Counted from the first letter of the stretch, positions 13,644 through 24,267 are shown. The stretch is DNA of 64,000 bases from Verrucomicrobiia bacterium (GCA_963664225.1 OY760937.1:160001-224000); one strand, 5' to 3'. Translations and numbers: made by a program. The notes: generated from the letters alone by a model not told the origin.

Positions 13644-14168
13644 TCAGGGCACATCCTCCTGCCACGACCAGTAAAGGCCACGCAACACGGGATGAAATCC
13701 GTGCGTTTTCATTTCTTCATAGGCGGCAGTCTTCGACCAATGCTCGACCTTGACGCGGTATGCTCCGACGACGAGTCCTGTGCGGTCCTCGCCATGTTGG
13801 CAGTGGACAAAAGTGCCTTCGCGTTCGAGGGCGGATACCGCAGCATTGAGCGTTCTGACGCGTGGTTTTCCGATGGTTTGCCGTGCTTTCGTTATGGGGA
13901 GGTAGAGGACCTGCATGCCATTGGCCTTTGCCAAATCGTCCGATGCCTCATGTTTCGTGTTGAGCTTCACGACCCATTTTACGCCCAGAGATTTGAGATG
14001 CTTCCAACCGGCAGCCGTTGGCTGGCCGCCGCGCCAGACACCAGTTTTGACTTGAGAGAAGTTTGGAATGCCCTGCGGAGCAGCCATTGAAACGTTTCCG
14101 CAAAGGAACAACAATGCAGTGAGAACAACCGCAGCTAGCGCCGTATTTAACGGTCTGGTCTTTTGCAT
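13644..14168 (-). CDS. Secreted dual-specificity/tyrosine phosphatase family protein
   Basis: HCQHGEDRTG CX5R motif, RGGQP, signal peptide. Confidence 0.85.
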   Translation of the reverse strand: MQKTRPLNTALAAVVLTALLFLCGNVSMAAPQGIPNFSQVKTGVWRGGQPTAAGWKHLKSLGVKWVVKLNTKHEASDDLAKANGMQVLYLPITKARQTIGKPRVRTLNAAVSALEREGTFVHCQHGEDRTGLVVGAYRVKVEHWSKTAAYEEMKTHGFHPVLRGLYWSWQEDVP

Positions 14169-14177
14169 GTGATTTAT

Positions 14178-14339
14178 CCCGAAATCCGAAATAGGAACGG
14201 CCCATCTGACGCAATCATTTGGCCATCCATGGTTTGAAACCGGCTGTGGAGTATTGATTTAATACACCCTCGCCGATTGCAAATCATGGCTGCCTCAAAG
14301 CATTGCATCATCTTGACCATTCGTATTTCGGATTTCGGG
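14178..14339. repeat. 162-bp imperfect palindrome
   Basis: Perfect 16-bp terminal IR cccgaaatccgaaata / tatttcggatttcggg; pairing continues imperfectly to the centre. Confidence 0.75.
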
Positions 14340-14477
14340 TTTATTGGAGTAATACTCGTGCGCTAATCCAATCGACTACGCCCCATCTTCGTAATGTTTT
14401 TGGCCAGGAGCAAAAGCACAGCGCCCGCTCCTGGCGGCGGGCGCATCAACGACCTTTTGCTCGATGGGATTCAAAGT

Positions 14478-16274
14478 TTACCTTGGCTGCTGAAGGCGTG
14501 CGCGCACCAGTTCCGGCAGATACTTGACCGGCACCGGACCGGGAGCCAGGACGGCTTCGTGATAGCGGCCCAAATCGAAGTTCGCGCCCATCTCGCTTTG
14601 GATGGCCTGGTGCAGGCGGTAGTGTGCCATTCGCCCCACAAAATAAGTGGAAAGCTGGACGGAGCTTTGTTTGGCACGAATGATCTTAAGGCGCGCCTCG
14701 CCCTCGGATTGATAGGCCTGTTCGGTCAGGAATTTGAGGGCATCGTCATCGGTCAAGCCGCCACAGTGCATCTGGTGATCGAGAATGGCGTTCGCCACCG
14801 CGCGAAGGTAAAACTTCAACTGCGTTAATCTCAAGGGCAGATCGCCTTTTCCATATCCCTCATCGAGCATGGTTTGTTCGGTGTAAACGGCCCAGCCCTC
14901 GATATAGACACCCGATTGGAGCACGCGCCGAATGGTGGAGGGATTGCGGTTGGCGAATTCAAACTGAACATAGTGTCCCGGATAAGCCTCGTGGATGGTC
15001 AGAATCTGCAGCATGTAGCTATTGTACTCCGCGAGGTAGCTCTCCACCCGTTTGGCGTCCCAATCTTTGGGCGGAGGGCTCACGGCAAAAAAGCCCAGGG
15101 CCTTCGGATCGAGCGGCGGCGCTGAATTCATGTAGGCGGTGGAATTGCCGCGCTGGAACTCCGGCATCTCCACGATCCGGCATGTATCTGGAACGGGCAG
15201 GCGCAGGAAATCGCGTTTGGTAATGAAACTTTTGACTGCAGCCACGTCCTTGCGGACATCGCGTGTCAGGTTTTCAGGTTTGCCGTGCTCTCTGCCGATG
15301 CGGTCGAGCACCTTCTGAATGGTCTCGCGTCTTCCATTGGCATCGTCTGTCGGAAGCACCTTCCCCGGATAAAAGCCGCTCCAGAGCTGGCGTGCGATGA
15401 CATACATGTCCCGTTGAACCCGCTCGAATTCGGCGTGCGCATCCGCCAGCACCTGGTCGGCGGTGAGGCTGGCGTTGAGTTCCAGTTCGAGCTTCCGATA
15501 AAACTTCTCGCGTCCCAGCCGCCATTCGCCCGAGGCGCGCGGGAGCAGATCTTTTTCCAGAAAGGTCTGGTAGTCCTTCAGGCAGGCCACGACTCGCTGT
15601 GCCGATGCCTTGAGCGCCGGGAGTTGGGGCGTTTTACCCGCGAACTCGAAGAGGTCCTTTTCATAGAAACCGATGGAGCCCTGATTCTGGCGAATCGCTG
15701 TTTCGAGCAGCGGACGGGCAGGGTGCTGGAGATTCTCCTTGGCGGCGGCGATCACCCGGGGAATTTGATCCATCCGCGACCGGCAATTGGCGATGTTGGT
15801 TTCCTTGGGCAATGTCGATTGGGCGAGCAACAGATAGACGCTGTCGCTGATGTAAGCGTTATAGACGCGGGGATCCTCCTCGAAAGGATGCAGATTTTCA
15901 GACATCCAAATCGAGCTGAACAGATCCTGGCGAAGGATTTCGTAATCGATCTGGCGGTCGCGCGAAAGCTGCGCGTAATCGATTTTTTTGGGCAGGGCCT
16001 CCAGGGCGGCCTGGGCCCGCGCCCGCCCGGCCTCGATGGCCGGGCGCGAGAGATCATCCATCCGGGAGTCGAACCGGTGATCGCCCAGTTGGGTGGCGTC
16101 CAGTGGATGGTGGCGGAAGTGGGTTTCGAGGTATTCCTGATAAAAGGCGTCGAGCTTCTTATCCATCTCCTGCCCGAAGGCGGAAATGGCGCCCGCGCCA
16201 AATGCACCAATGGCTAGGACGGCTGTTAACAGGAACACCGGACGGAAAGTTCTCAAGCATGGGGCACGCAACAT
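14478..16274 (-). CDS. DUF885 family protein
   Basis: ATQLGDHRFD, HEAYPGHYVQ, EGWAVYTE motifs. Confidence 0.88.
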   Translation of the reverse strand: MLRAPCLRTFRPVFLLTAVLAIGAFGAGAISAFGQEMDKKLDAFYQEYLETHFRHHPLDATQLGDHRFDSRMDDLSRPAIEAGRARAQAALEALPKKIDYAQLSRDRQIDYEILRQDLFSSIWMSENLHPFEEDPRVYNAYISDSVYLLLAQSTLPKETNIANCRSRMDQIPRVIAAAKENLQHPARPLLETAIRQNQGSIGFYEKDLFEFAGKTPQLPALKASAQRVVACLKDYQTFLEKDLLPRASGEWRLGREKFYRKLELELNASLTADQVLADAHAEFERVQRDMYVIARQLWSGFYPGKVLPTDDANGRRETIQKVLDRIGREHGKPENLTRDVRKDVAAVKSFITKRDFLRLPVPDTCRIVEMPEFQRGNSTAYMNSAPPLDPKALGFFAVSPPPKDWDAKRVESYLAEYNSYMLQILTIHEAYPGHYVQFEFANRNPSTIRRVLQSGVYIEGWAVYTEQTMLDEGYGKGDLPLRLTQLKFYLRAVANAILDHQMHCGGLTDDDALKFLTEQAYQSEGEARLKIIRAKQSSVQLSTYFVGRMAHYRLHQAIQSEMGANFDLGRYHEAVLAPGPVPVKYLPELVRARLQQPR

Positions 16275-16421
16275 GTGCGCAGTGTGCCCTATTCGGCGAC
16301 GGAATCAATCTTCAAACCGTCCCAACCACAGGCACAGAGACAAGGGAACAAGTGGAAATACGACTTTAAGTTTGATTTCCTGCCCTGTGCCTGCGGGCTG
16401 TTTCCGGTGGTTGAAACAATC

Positions 16422-18680
16422 TCAAATGTGCGTGGCGATGTTACCCTGCAGGCAATCTTTGACGGCTTGGGCAAGCGCGGCCGGCTGGAACGGCTTCTGG
16501 ATAAAGGCGACCCCGTTGCGCTCGGGAATTTCCTTTATTTGACCTGGGAATATATAACCGGTGGCGAAAAGGACTTTGAGGTTCGGCTGTTTTTTCCAGA
16601 GGCGGTCGGCCAGTTGACGGCCGGAAATGCCCTCTGGCATCACCATGTCCGTCAGTAGCATCTCGATATGATCCGAATGGGTATTCCACAATTCCAACGC
16701 GGCGTGGCCATTCTTTGCCGCAAGCACCTTGTAGCCCTGGCGGGTGAGAATTTCCAGCTCCAGGTCGCGCAGCGCGTCGTCATCCTCGACGATGAGGAGG
16801 GTTTCATTGCCGCGCAGTGCGGTGATGGTGGAGGATGGGGCTGGCTGGCTGGCTGGGCTTTCCACATTTTCCGGCCAATAAACCCGGAACGTGGTGCCGA
16901 CGCCAAGGCGGCTTTCCACCTCGATCCAGCCGCCGTGCTGTTTGACAATGCCATAGACTGTGGCCAGTCCCAGACCAGTGCCTTTGCCAACATCCTTCGT
17001 GGTGAAAAACGGATCGAAAATGCGGTTAACGATTGAGGGGGCAATGCCGCAACCCGTGTCGGAAATGGTCAGGCAGACGTGGCGCCCCAGGCGCGCCTCG
17101 GGTTGCTGGCGCACAAAGGCCTCGTCCGCGATGAACAGCGACGTGACCAGGCGTAACACTCCTCCCTCCGGCATGGCGTCCCGTGCGTTGACCGCCAGGT
17201 TGATGACGACTTGTTCCACCATCCCAGCGTCCGCGCGAATCCCAGGCAGCGAGGGGCTGCAGGACACTTGCAGCGAAATGTGCTCGCCAATAACCCGCCG
17301 GAGCATATCCAGGATTTGATCGAGGACCTCGTTGACGGCGATGACGCGCAATTGCATGAGCTGCTTGCGGCTGAAGGCCAGGAGCTGATGGGTCAGATTG
17401 GCGGCCCGTTGAGCGGCGCCTGTGATGTGGTTGACGGAGTCGAGCGATTCGGCGCTCAGCTCAGGGTCGCTGCTCAGCAGGTCGGCGTGGCCCTGGATGA
17501 CGGTGAGCAGATTGTTAAAATCGTGGGCCACACCGGCCGCGAGCTGGCCGATGGACTCCATTTTTTGCGACTGGCGCAACTGTTCCTCGAGATTGAGTTT
17601 TTCAGTAATCTCGCCGGCGTAGCAATGGGCCACATGAATTTGCGGAATCGGAAAAAACGACCAGGATATCGTGCGGTCATTGCGCTGGGTTTCCAGACGC
17701 AGCTTGTTCGTGCCGGTGCGCAGGCATTCAGTCACGATCCTGGACGAATCAGGCGGGAGCATTTCCTCCGGCGAGGCGTAACCCAGCGAACGGGCCAATT
17801 CGTGGGTGGCCTCGTTGCAATAGACCATCCGGCCGTCCTCGGCGAATTCGAGCACCGGGTTGGGATTCCACCGGGGGAAAGCTGCCAGCTTGCGCACCTC
17901 CTCCTCCGTCCGCTTGCGCTGTGTGATGTCCCGGATTGCGGCGATGCGTCCCGTGCGCCCGTGGTAACGCGTTTCCCGACCGCGAATCTCCATGACAAAG
18001 CGCGAACCGTCCTTGCGCAAGCCGATCGATTCGAAAGGGGTGTCCCGACCGTCCTTGATATGCTGGAGGGATATTTCATGGGTTTCCGGTGCGGTCCAAT
18101 CCAGCACCGGGCGCCCGATCATTTCCTCCAATTCGTAACCGAACATCCGCGCGTAATTCGGGCTGGCATCCAGCAAAATGCCGTCGGCATGAATGCAGAC
18201 TCCCTCGAAGGAGGCCTCCGTGAATCGCCGGAAACGCTCCTCGCTTTCCCGCAAGGCCTCCAGCGCCTGTGCCTTGTCCAACCGATCCTTCCATTTCACA
18301 CGGGCCGACAGAATGGCGGGCGCCAGCCGGGTCAGATGCTCCTTGATGACATAGTCCCAGGCTCCAGCCTTGATGCAATCCACCGCTGTGGACTCATTAA
18401 TCGAACTGGTCACCATGATGAACGGGGTCAAAGGCGCCACTTCCAGGGCGATGGCCAGCGCATCGGCTCCCGTAAAATGCGGCAGGGCGTAATCGGAAAG
18501 AATGATATCCGGCTTGAATTCCGCCAGCCCCTTGCGAAAACCGGCCTGATCGTCCACATGCAACAGCTCGAACTGCAATCCGGCATGCTTCAGCTCCCGG
18601 TGCGTTAACTCGGCATCGGCGGGCACATCCTCCAAATGGAGAATGCGCAATCGTGAATCGGCTATGTAATCTTGCTGCAT
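16422..18680 (-). CDS. Hybrid REC-PAS histidine kinase/response regulator
   Basis: Receiver, [19 protein letters not shown]-terminal receiver. Confidence 0.92.
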   Translation of the reverse strand: MQQDYIADSRLRILHLEDVPADAELTHRELKHAGLQFELLHVDDQAGFRKGLAEFKPDIILSDYALPHFTGADALAIALEVAPLTPFIMVTSSINESTAVDCIKAGAWDYVIKEHLTRLAPAILSARVKWKDRLDKAQALEALRESEERFRRFTEASFEGVCIHADGILLDASPNYARMFGYELEEMIGRPVLDWTAPETHEISLQHIKDGRDTPFESIGLRKDGSRFVMEIRGRETRYHGRTGRIAAIRDITQRKRTEEEVRKLAAFPRWNPNPVLEFAEDGRMVYCNEATHELARSLGYASPEEMLPPDSSRIVTECLRTGTNKLRLETQRNDRTISWSFFPIPQIHVAHCYAGEITEKLNLEEQLRQSQKMESIGQLAAGVAHDFNNLLTVIQGHADLLSSDPELSAESLDSVNHITGAAQRAANLTHQLLAFSRKQLMQLRVIAVNEVLDQILDMLRRVIGEHISLQVSCSPSLPGIRADAGMVEQVVINLAVNARDAMPEGGVLRLVTSLFIADEAFVRQQPEARLGRHVCLTISDTGCGIAPSIVNRIFDPFFTTKDVGKGTGLGLATVYGIVKQHGGWIEVESRLGVGTTFRVYWPENVESPASQPAPSSTITALRGNETLLIVEDDDALRDLELEILTRQGYKVLAAKNGHAALELWNTHSDHIEMLLTDMVMPEGISGRQLADRLWKKQPNLKVLFATGYIFPGQIKEIPERNGVAFIQKPFQPAALAQAVKDCLQGNIATHI

Positions 18681-18873
18681 GTCTTACCGTCATTATGATC
18701 ATGCCCCTTGAGAATGGGCAAGTCGCAATGTGCTCCAAAATGATACACTTAAGAGTGTTTCTTGGACTCTTGGCCCCGCAAAAGCCGATTTTACTTTCGA
18801 CCATTGCCTGCAAAGGTTCCTTGAACTGAATGATTTGTGCGGTCAAAGGCGGATGGGGGAATGTGAAAAAAAA

Positions 18874-18947
18874 TGGCTGTCCGACCTGGATTCGAACCAG
18901 GACAATAGCCTCCAAAGGGCTGTGTGCTACCGTTACACCATCGGACA
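18874..18947 (-). tRNA. tRNA-Gln(TTG)
   Basis: Acceptor stem TGTCCGA/TCGGACA, anticodon loop CTTTGGA, T-arm CCTGG TTCGAAT CCAGG, encoded CCA. Confidence 0.95.
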
Positions 18948-19016
18948 GTCCGATGAGAAGACTAGACCAAAAGAGCCTCCCATTGCCAAGAGAAAACGCC
19001 GACGATGGCTATTTTG

Positions 19017-19045
19017 TTGTCATGCAATGCGCCCGGCATTAGATT
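19017..19045 (+). promoter_or_regulatory. sigma70-like promoter, probably leaderless
   Basis: TTGTCA-17-TAGATT, 7 nt before ATG 19053. Confidence 0.6.
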
Positions 19046-19052
19046 TTACCCC

Positions 19053-19625
19053 ATGATAAGGGTTTTCCAGCTTTTCTTTTTGCCAGGCACCGCATGGGAA
19101 AAAATCGCGCTCGGTCGGCAGAAAATGCTGATGACGGCATTGTTGTATTTTGTGCCCTTGTTGGTCTTGGCCGTTTTGATCGATGGTTATGCGCTGCAGC
19201 TTTGGGGAATGCGTGGGATGTCCGGCGGAGCGGCCACACACTATGATCCGGCCACAATCATGCGATTCGAGGCAATCCACGCGGGCCTCCTCGCCGGAAT
19301 GGTCCTGGCCGGGACCCTGGTTGTCCAATGGCTTGCGGACGGCTTCCAGGTGCGAACCGATTTTGCCACCTGTTTCAATCTGGCCGTCTTCGGTTTCACC
19401 CCGGTGTTCATCGCTCACATGCTGGGTATCATTCCGTTCTTGAATGCCTGGATTACCGCAGGCCTGGGCATGATCGGTTGCGCCTATGTCCTCTACCAGG
19501 GAGTGGGAGCCGTGCTGCAACCCGATCAAACCAAGGGTTTTGGCATCTATATTCTATGCGTGGTCACTTTTTCCCTCCTGATCGCCATGGAACTGATGCT
19601 CGGATTGATGGCGTTGCGCGCATAA
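19053..19625 (+). CDS. Yip1-family membrane protein
   Basis: About 5 TM helices, P..AWEKI N-terminal motif. Confidence 0.7.
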   Translation: MIRVFQLFFLPGTAWEKIALGRQKMLMTALLYFVPLLVLAVLIDGYALQLWGMRGMSGGAATHYDPATIMRFEAIHAGLLAGMVLAGTLVVQWLADGFQVRTDFATCFNLAVFGFTPVFIAHMLGIIPFLNAWITAGLGMIGCAYVLYQGVGAVLQPDQTKGFGIYILCVVTFSLLIAMELMLGLMALRA

Positions 19626-20516
19626 TTGGGCGTGACCATACTCGAGACCATTCAGCGCGGCGCGCAATTCCTTCAAAATAAAGGAATTGATTCCCCCCGC
19701 CTGCAGGCCGAATTGCTCATGGCCCATGCCTTGGGCCTGCCCCGGCTCCGCCTGTATCTCGATTTTGAACGCCAACTCACCGGGGAGGAACTCGGCCGGG
19801 TGCGCGACCTGGTCACCCGCCGGGCCCGCCGCGAACCGCTCCAACACATCGTGGGCACGGTTTCCTTCTGCGGTCTGGAACTGGCCGTCTCCCCGGCCGT
19901 TCTTATCCCCAGACCCGAGACCGAGCTTCTCGCCGAGCATGCCTGGCAATACCTCAATCAGCGTTCCAGGGAAGGCACAGCGCCACTGACCGCCCTCGAT
20001 TTTGGAACCGGCAGCGGTTGTCTGGCCATAGCCATCGCGTCACATTGTCCCACAGTGGAAGTTCTTGCACTGGACCTGTCGGCGCCCGCTCTCGAGGTGG
20101 CGCGAGCCAATGCCGCCCGGCACGGAAAGCACGCCGTTCGTTTTATTCTGGGGAATGGCTTTGCAGCCCTGCCAAGGTCGGATCCGGCGGGAGTCGAGGA
20201 AAGCCGGTTCGACCTCATTGTCTCCAATCCCCCCTATATTCCAGCGGCGGAAATCGAGCGCCTGGAACCCGAGGTGCGGGACTTCGATCCCCGTGGCGCT
20301 CTGGATGGCGGCGTGGATGGTCTGGATTTCATGCGGCGGCTGGCCGGTGAAGCCGGGACGCACCTGAGAAATCCGGGGCGCTTGATGGTCGAATTCGGGG
20401 ACGGCCAGGAAACGGCCGTGCGCGGGATATTTGAGCAATCAGGCTGGCGAATCGAAGCCGTGGTCAAAGACCTGAACGGCACCCCCCGGTTCGTGGTCTG
20501 TGACCGCGCAAAGTAA
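19626..20516 (+). CDS. prmC: Release factor glutamine methyltransferase
   Basis: EPLQHI, VLIPRPETE, DFGTGSG, SNPPYI. Confidence 0.95.
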   Translation: MGVTILETIQRGAQFLQNKGIDSPRLQAELLMAHALGLPRLRLYLDFERQLTGEELGRVRDLVTRRARREPLQHIVGTVSFCGLELAVSPAVLIPRPETELLAEHAWQYLNQRSREGTAPLTALDFGTGSGCLAIAIASHCPTVEVLALDLSAPALEVARANAARHGKHAVRFILGNGFAALPRSDPAGVEESRFDLIVSNPPYIPAAEIERLEPEVRDFDPRGALDGGVDGLDFMRRLAGEAGTHLRNPGRLMVEFGDGQETAVRGIFEQSGWRIEAVVKDLNGTPRFVVCDRAK

Positions 20517-20696
20517 GCCGACGCATCCCTTTGCCCTTTGCCCTCATTGTCCATTTTCCATTGTCAATTAACCATTACCTTTTCCCCTCCGTGTCATCCG
20601 TCATATCCGTGGTTAAAAATCCTGTCCATCCTGACTATCCATGTTAATTCTTTCCCCCTTCCCATCCCTGTCTTTTCCGCCGCCCTCCCGCCCTCT

Positions 20697-20730
20697 GCTC
20701 TCGGCTCTCGGCTCTCGGCTCTCGGCTCTC
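20697..20730. repeat. Heptamer tandem repeat (gctctcg)n
   Basis: About 5 consecutive copies. Confidence 0.8.
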
Positions 20731-20779
20731 CGCCCTTTTACAGGTTGCATTACACGCCCAAACCGGCCTATTTTCCCGC

Positions 20780-21190
20780 ATGCGACAAATGCGCCAATTC
20801 CTTGGCATTGTCTTGATTTGCATCGCGTTCCTCGCCGGTCGCGCCTGTTACCGGCATTTCACGCATTTCATGGGCGAACAGCTTCCGCCCGCTCAAAGCC
20901 AGACGACCAACAACGCCACGCCCAATCTGCCAGGCATGCCTGAGTCCCTGGAGTCCTCCCTGGCGGCCGCGCAAGCCCGGGGACCCAAAACATTCCGGCG
21001 CTGGATCGATTATTACGGCCCGAACATCGCCGATCCCCGTCTGGCCTCCATCGAACTCGATTACGTGGTCATGGTCAGCCGCGAGGACATGGCCGAGGCG
21101 CGCCGCGTCTTTGCCGCCGTCAAAGCCAGAACCCCCGCCAATTCCCCCGTCCATCCCCGGATCGCACGCCTTCAGGAGGCGTATGAATAG
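20780..21190 (+). CDS. Hypothetical membrane-anchored protein
   Basis: N-terminal hydrophobic helix, plausible ORF between prmC and pilins. Confidence 0.6.
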   Translation: MRQMRQFLGIVLICIAFLAGRACYRHFTHFMGEQLPPAQSQTTNNATPNLPGMPESLESSLAAAQARGPKTFRRWIDYYGPNIADPRLASIELDYVVMVSREDMAEARRVFAAVKARTPANSPVHPRIARLQEAYE

Positions 21191-21392
21191 CAATTCCCTG
21201 ATCCTGTTCATCCTATCTATCCATGTTAAGAATCCCATTGCCGCATCCTGTTGGAATAACCGTGTCTTCCGGCTCTTCCGCGTGTCCTAATACGAGACAT
21301 TCAAACCGCGCTTCATGACATTCCCTTTACAGAAAGGCCTGAATACGCGGTATTTTCATCGTGATTATGGGGAGTTTACTGGGAGTTGACAT

Positions 21393-21408
21393 TGGCACGG
21401 GGCTTGCT
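21393..21408 (+). promoter_or_regulatory. sigma54 (-24/-12) promoter of pilin 1
   Basis: TGGCACG-gggc-TTGCT, consensus match. Confidence 0.85.
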
Positions 21409-21421
21409 AACGTTACCCCAA

Positions 21422-21493
21422 GCGGTTGGTATGAGGCGATCTGTGGACCGAACATGTTATCATATAAAATACCTCATACCGGGTTCACGCCGC
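21422..21493 (+). ncRNA. Candidate structured 5' leader RNA (copy 1)
   Basis: ggtatgagg/cctcatacc stem, gtggacc/ggttcac pseudoknot pairing, conserved in copy 2. Confidence 0.45.
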
Positions 21494-21524
21494 GTTAAGT
21501 AAAACAACAAAAAAAGTAAAACGT

Positions 21525-21887
21525 ATGCGTACGCAAACCTCGCGGAAATCCGCCTTCACCCTGGTTGAAATCATGATCGTCGTGGCCATCATCGGCTTGC
21601 TGGCCGCGATCGCCATTCCTAACTTCGTCAAGGCCCGCCAGACCGCTCAGAAAAATGCTTGCATCGCGAATTTGAAGCAGATTGACGGTGCCATTGAACA
21701 ATATGCGTTGGAAAATAAGATAGCCACAGGAACGGCGGTTGCCATGACCGCCATTACCGGTGCGACAAACTACATCAAAGTTGCACCCAGTTGCCCTGCC
21801 ACAGGAACGGCTTATACCGGGGCTAACGTTGGTACACAACCTGTTTGCCCTTCCGCTGCGACGTATCCTGATCACAAGCTTCCGTAA
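21525..21887 (+). CDS. Type IV pilin-like protein 1
   Basis: AFTLVEIMIVVAIIGLLAAIAIP N-methylation motif. Confidence 0.92.
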   Translation: MRTQTSRKSAFTLVEIMIVVAIIGLLAAIAIPNFVKARQTAQKNACIANLKQIDGAIEQYALENKIATGTAVAMTAITGATNYIKVAPSCPATGTAYTGANVGTQPVCPSAATYPDHKLP

Positions 21888-21936
21888 TGCGGAAAGTGGC
21901 AACATAAGATTTGTTGCTCAGGCATTTTATTAAGCG

Positions 21937-21979
21937 AAAGGCTTGGAGGACGAAAATCCTCCAAGCCTTTTTTATTTTT
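21937..21979 (+). terminator. Intrinsic terminator after pilin 1
   Basis: aaaggcttggagga/tcctccaagccttt stem followed by T-run. Confidence 0.85.
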
Positions 21980-22174
21980 GAAGCCAGGTGTTGAATTGCA
22001 GTCCATTGTGGGTTAAATGAGCGGAATAGTTGGCAACGCGCTTCATGCGTTTATTGTCTCGATCCAAGGCATGTAAATTTAATAATGGACGTGTTCATTC
22101 CGCTGCAGTGTTTCCTGCTTTCATTTCAGGTTTAAACTCATACTTTTGTATTCAGTTCGCCTCCTGTTTGATAT

Positions 22175-22190
22175 TGGCACGAGACTTGCT
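22175..22190 (+). promoter_or_regulatory. sigma54 promoter of pilin 2
   Basis: TGGCACG-agac-TTGCT. Confidence 0.85.
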
Positions 22191-22204
22191 TTCGTTATTC
22201 TCGT

Positions 22205-22276
22205 GCGGTCGGTGTGAGGTTATCAGTGGACCGAACATGTTATCATATAAAACACCTCATACCGGGTTCACGCCGC
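22205..22276 (+). ncRNA. Candidate structured 5' leader RNA (copy 2)
   Basis: ggtgtgaggt/acctcatacc stem, same pseudoknot pairing. Confidence 0.45.
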
Positions 22277-22306
22277 GTTAAAAAGCACAACAAAAAAGTT
22301 AAACGT

Positions 22307-22669
22307 ATGCGTACTCAAACCTCGCGGAAATCCGCCTTCACCCTGGTTGAAATCATGATCGTCGTGGCCATCATCGGCTTGCTCGCCGCGATCGCCATCC
22401 CCAACTTCGTCAAGGCCCGCCAAACCGCTCAGAAAAATGCTTGCATCGCGAATTTGAAGCAAATTGACGGAGCCATTGAACAATATGCGTTGGAAAATAA
22501 GATAGCCAGCGGCACGGCGGTTGCCATGACGGCCATTACCGGTGCGACAAACTATATCAAAGTTGCACCCAGCTGCCCTGCCACTGGTGTGGATTATACC
22601 GGTGCTAGCGTCGGTACACAGCCTGTGTGCCCTTCTGCTGCGACTTATCCTGATCACAAGCTGCCTTAA
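22307..22669 (+). CDS. Type IV pilin-like protein 2 (near-identical paralog)
   Basis: Same prepilin motif; 4 aa differences from copy 1. Confidence 0.92.
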   Translation: MRTQTSRKSAFTLVEIMIVVAIIGLLAAIAIPNFVKARQTAQKNACIANLKQIDGAIEQYALENKIASGTAVAMTAITGATNYIKVAPSCPATGVDYTGASVGTQPVCPSAATYPDHKLP

Positions 22670-22722
22670 GGTCGGCAGTGACAACATAAGTTTGATTGCT
22701 TTGATTTGTCTTTTAATGAATC

Positions 22723-22755
22723 GCTTGGAGGGGGGAACTCCTCCAGGCTTTTTTA
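22723..22755 (+). terminator. Intrinsic terminator after pilin 2
   Basis: gcttggagg/cctccaggc stem + T-run. Confidence 0.7.
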
Positions 22756-22815
22756 TGTTGGACTATCAGTTCTCAAATTTGAGTGGGTATTTTCTAACAA
22801 TGAACATCTCTAAAC

Positions 22816-23169
22816 ATGCATATCCGGCATCGGCAAAGGCGCCAGGCATTTACATTAGTGGAGATAATGGTGGTGATTGCGATCATTGGGCTGATAATGG
22901 CCATCGTAATTCCCAATTTCATCAAGACCCGGCAAATGGCTCAAGCACGAGTGTGCCTTGAAAATATCACACAAATAGAATCCGCAAAAACGCAATGGGG
23001 TTTGGACGCACTAAAAGGAAACGCCGATACTCCCACTGTTGCGAATCTGTTTGGATCGACAGGATATATTCGGGTTGAACCCAAATGCCCAGCCAACAAT
23101 GGAAGTTACGATCTGAAAACTTTGGGTGAAAGAGCAGTCTGTGCCATTCATGGGGATGGATTGCACTAA
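22816..23169 (+). CDS. Type IV pilin-like protein 3
   Basis: AFTLVEIMVVIAIIGL motif, divergent paralog. Confidence 0.88.
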   Translation: MHIRHRQRRQAFTLVEIMVVIAIIGLIMAIVIPNFIKTRQMAQARVCLENITQIESAKTQWGLDALKGNADTPTVANLFGSTGYIRVEPKCPANNGSYDLKTLGERAVCAIHGDGLH

Positions 23170-23301
23170 GTCGCTATCGAGAAACCCGAGCACAAAAGTA
23201 ACCCATTAAAATCTCCTTCACAGCGCCAAATCCGAGTCAATCGGTTTTGGCGCTTTTTTTGCCGGGTTGCGGGAAACGGGGCGCATGCTAGAATTGTGGC
23301 G

Positions 23302-24267
23302 ATGATTTCCGAAACGGAAAATGTGGTTGGTTCGAAGGCGCCAGGGCAGGGGATGAATCCTCGTCCGCGGCTGCCCGCATGGTTGCGCATGCCGCTGCCC
23401 ACGACCGACACCTACAGTCACACCCGCGCCATGCTCGGCGAACTGCACCTGCACACCGTCTGCGAAAGCGCGAAGTGCCCGAACCACTGGGAATGCTGGA
23501 GCCGTGGCACCGCCACATTCATGATCGGCGGGGACCGCTGCACGCGCGCCTGCGGTTTTTGCGCCATAGCAACGGCCAGGCCCCTGCCGCTCGATCCCGA
23601 CGAACCCGCCCGCGTGGCCGAGGCCGCCCGTCGCATGGGCTTGCGCCATGTGGTGATTACCGCGGTGGCGCGGGACGACATGCCGGATGGCGGCGCCGAT
23701 CATTTCCGGCGGACCATTCTCGCGGTCAAAGCCGCCGTTCCGAACCTGGTGGTGGAGGTATTGACGCCCGATTTCAACGACCGTGACGCGGCCATCGAAT
23801 GCGTGCTCGAAGCGCGGCCCGAGGTGTTCAATCACAACCTGGAAACCGTGCGGCGCTTGACGCCCTCGGTCCGTTCCCGGGCCACCTATGATCGTTCGTT
23901 GAGTGTCCTGCGAAAGGTCCGGGCCAAAGTGGGGCACAACCTTTACACCAAATCCGGCCTGATGCTCGGATTGGGCGAGACCCGGGAGGAAGTGCTGACC
24001 GCCATGGCCGACCTGCGAGAGGTCGATTGCGACATTTTGACGCTCGGCCAGTATTTGCAGCCCACGCGAGAGCATCTGCCCGTTCAGGACTTTATCGCTC
24101 CCGAACAATTTCTCGATTATGCGCGCCTGGCCCGTCAAATGGGGTTCGTGCATGCGGCCTGCGGACCTCTGGTGCGCAGCTCCTATCACGCGGAGGATTT
24201 TTCCCAAAACCAAACGCAACAGGCGGCGGAATCAGCGGGGCGGGATGCCGGCATTGCGGCGCATTAA
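23302..24267 (+). CDS. lipA: Lipoyl synthase
   Basis: CESAKCPNHWEC, CTRACGFC, VRSSYHA. Confidence 0.96.
   Translation: MISETENVVGSKAPGQGMNPRPRLPAWLRMPLPTTDTYSHTRAMLGELHLHTVCESAKCPNHWECWSRGTATFMIGGDRCTRACGFCAIATARPLPLDPDEPARVAEAARRMGLRHVVITAVARDDMPDGGADHFRRTILAVKAAVPNLVVEVLTPDFNDRDAAIECVLEARPEVFNHNLETVRRLTPSVRSRATYDRSLSVLRKVRAKVGHNLYTKSGLMLGLGETREEVLTAMADLREVDCDILTLGQYLQPTREHLPVQDFIAPEQFLDYARLARQMGFVHAACGPLVRSSYHAEDFSQNQTQQAAESAGRDAGIAAH

Noticed and set aside
20580..21230. Short heptamer/nonamer repeats (also ~29660, ~30740, ~63750) as phase-variation tracts
   Set aside because: Intergenic at gene 3' ends, not in coding or promoter spacers
21422..21493. Known c-di-GMP riboswitch
   Set aside because: Lacks the class I GCAAA/GNRA-receptor and class II GUGCAACC signatures as far as I can see; Rfam search still needed
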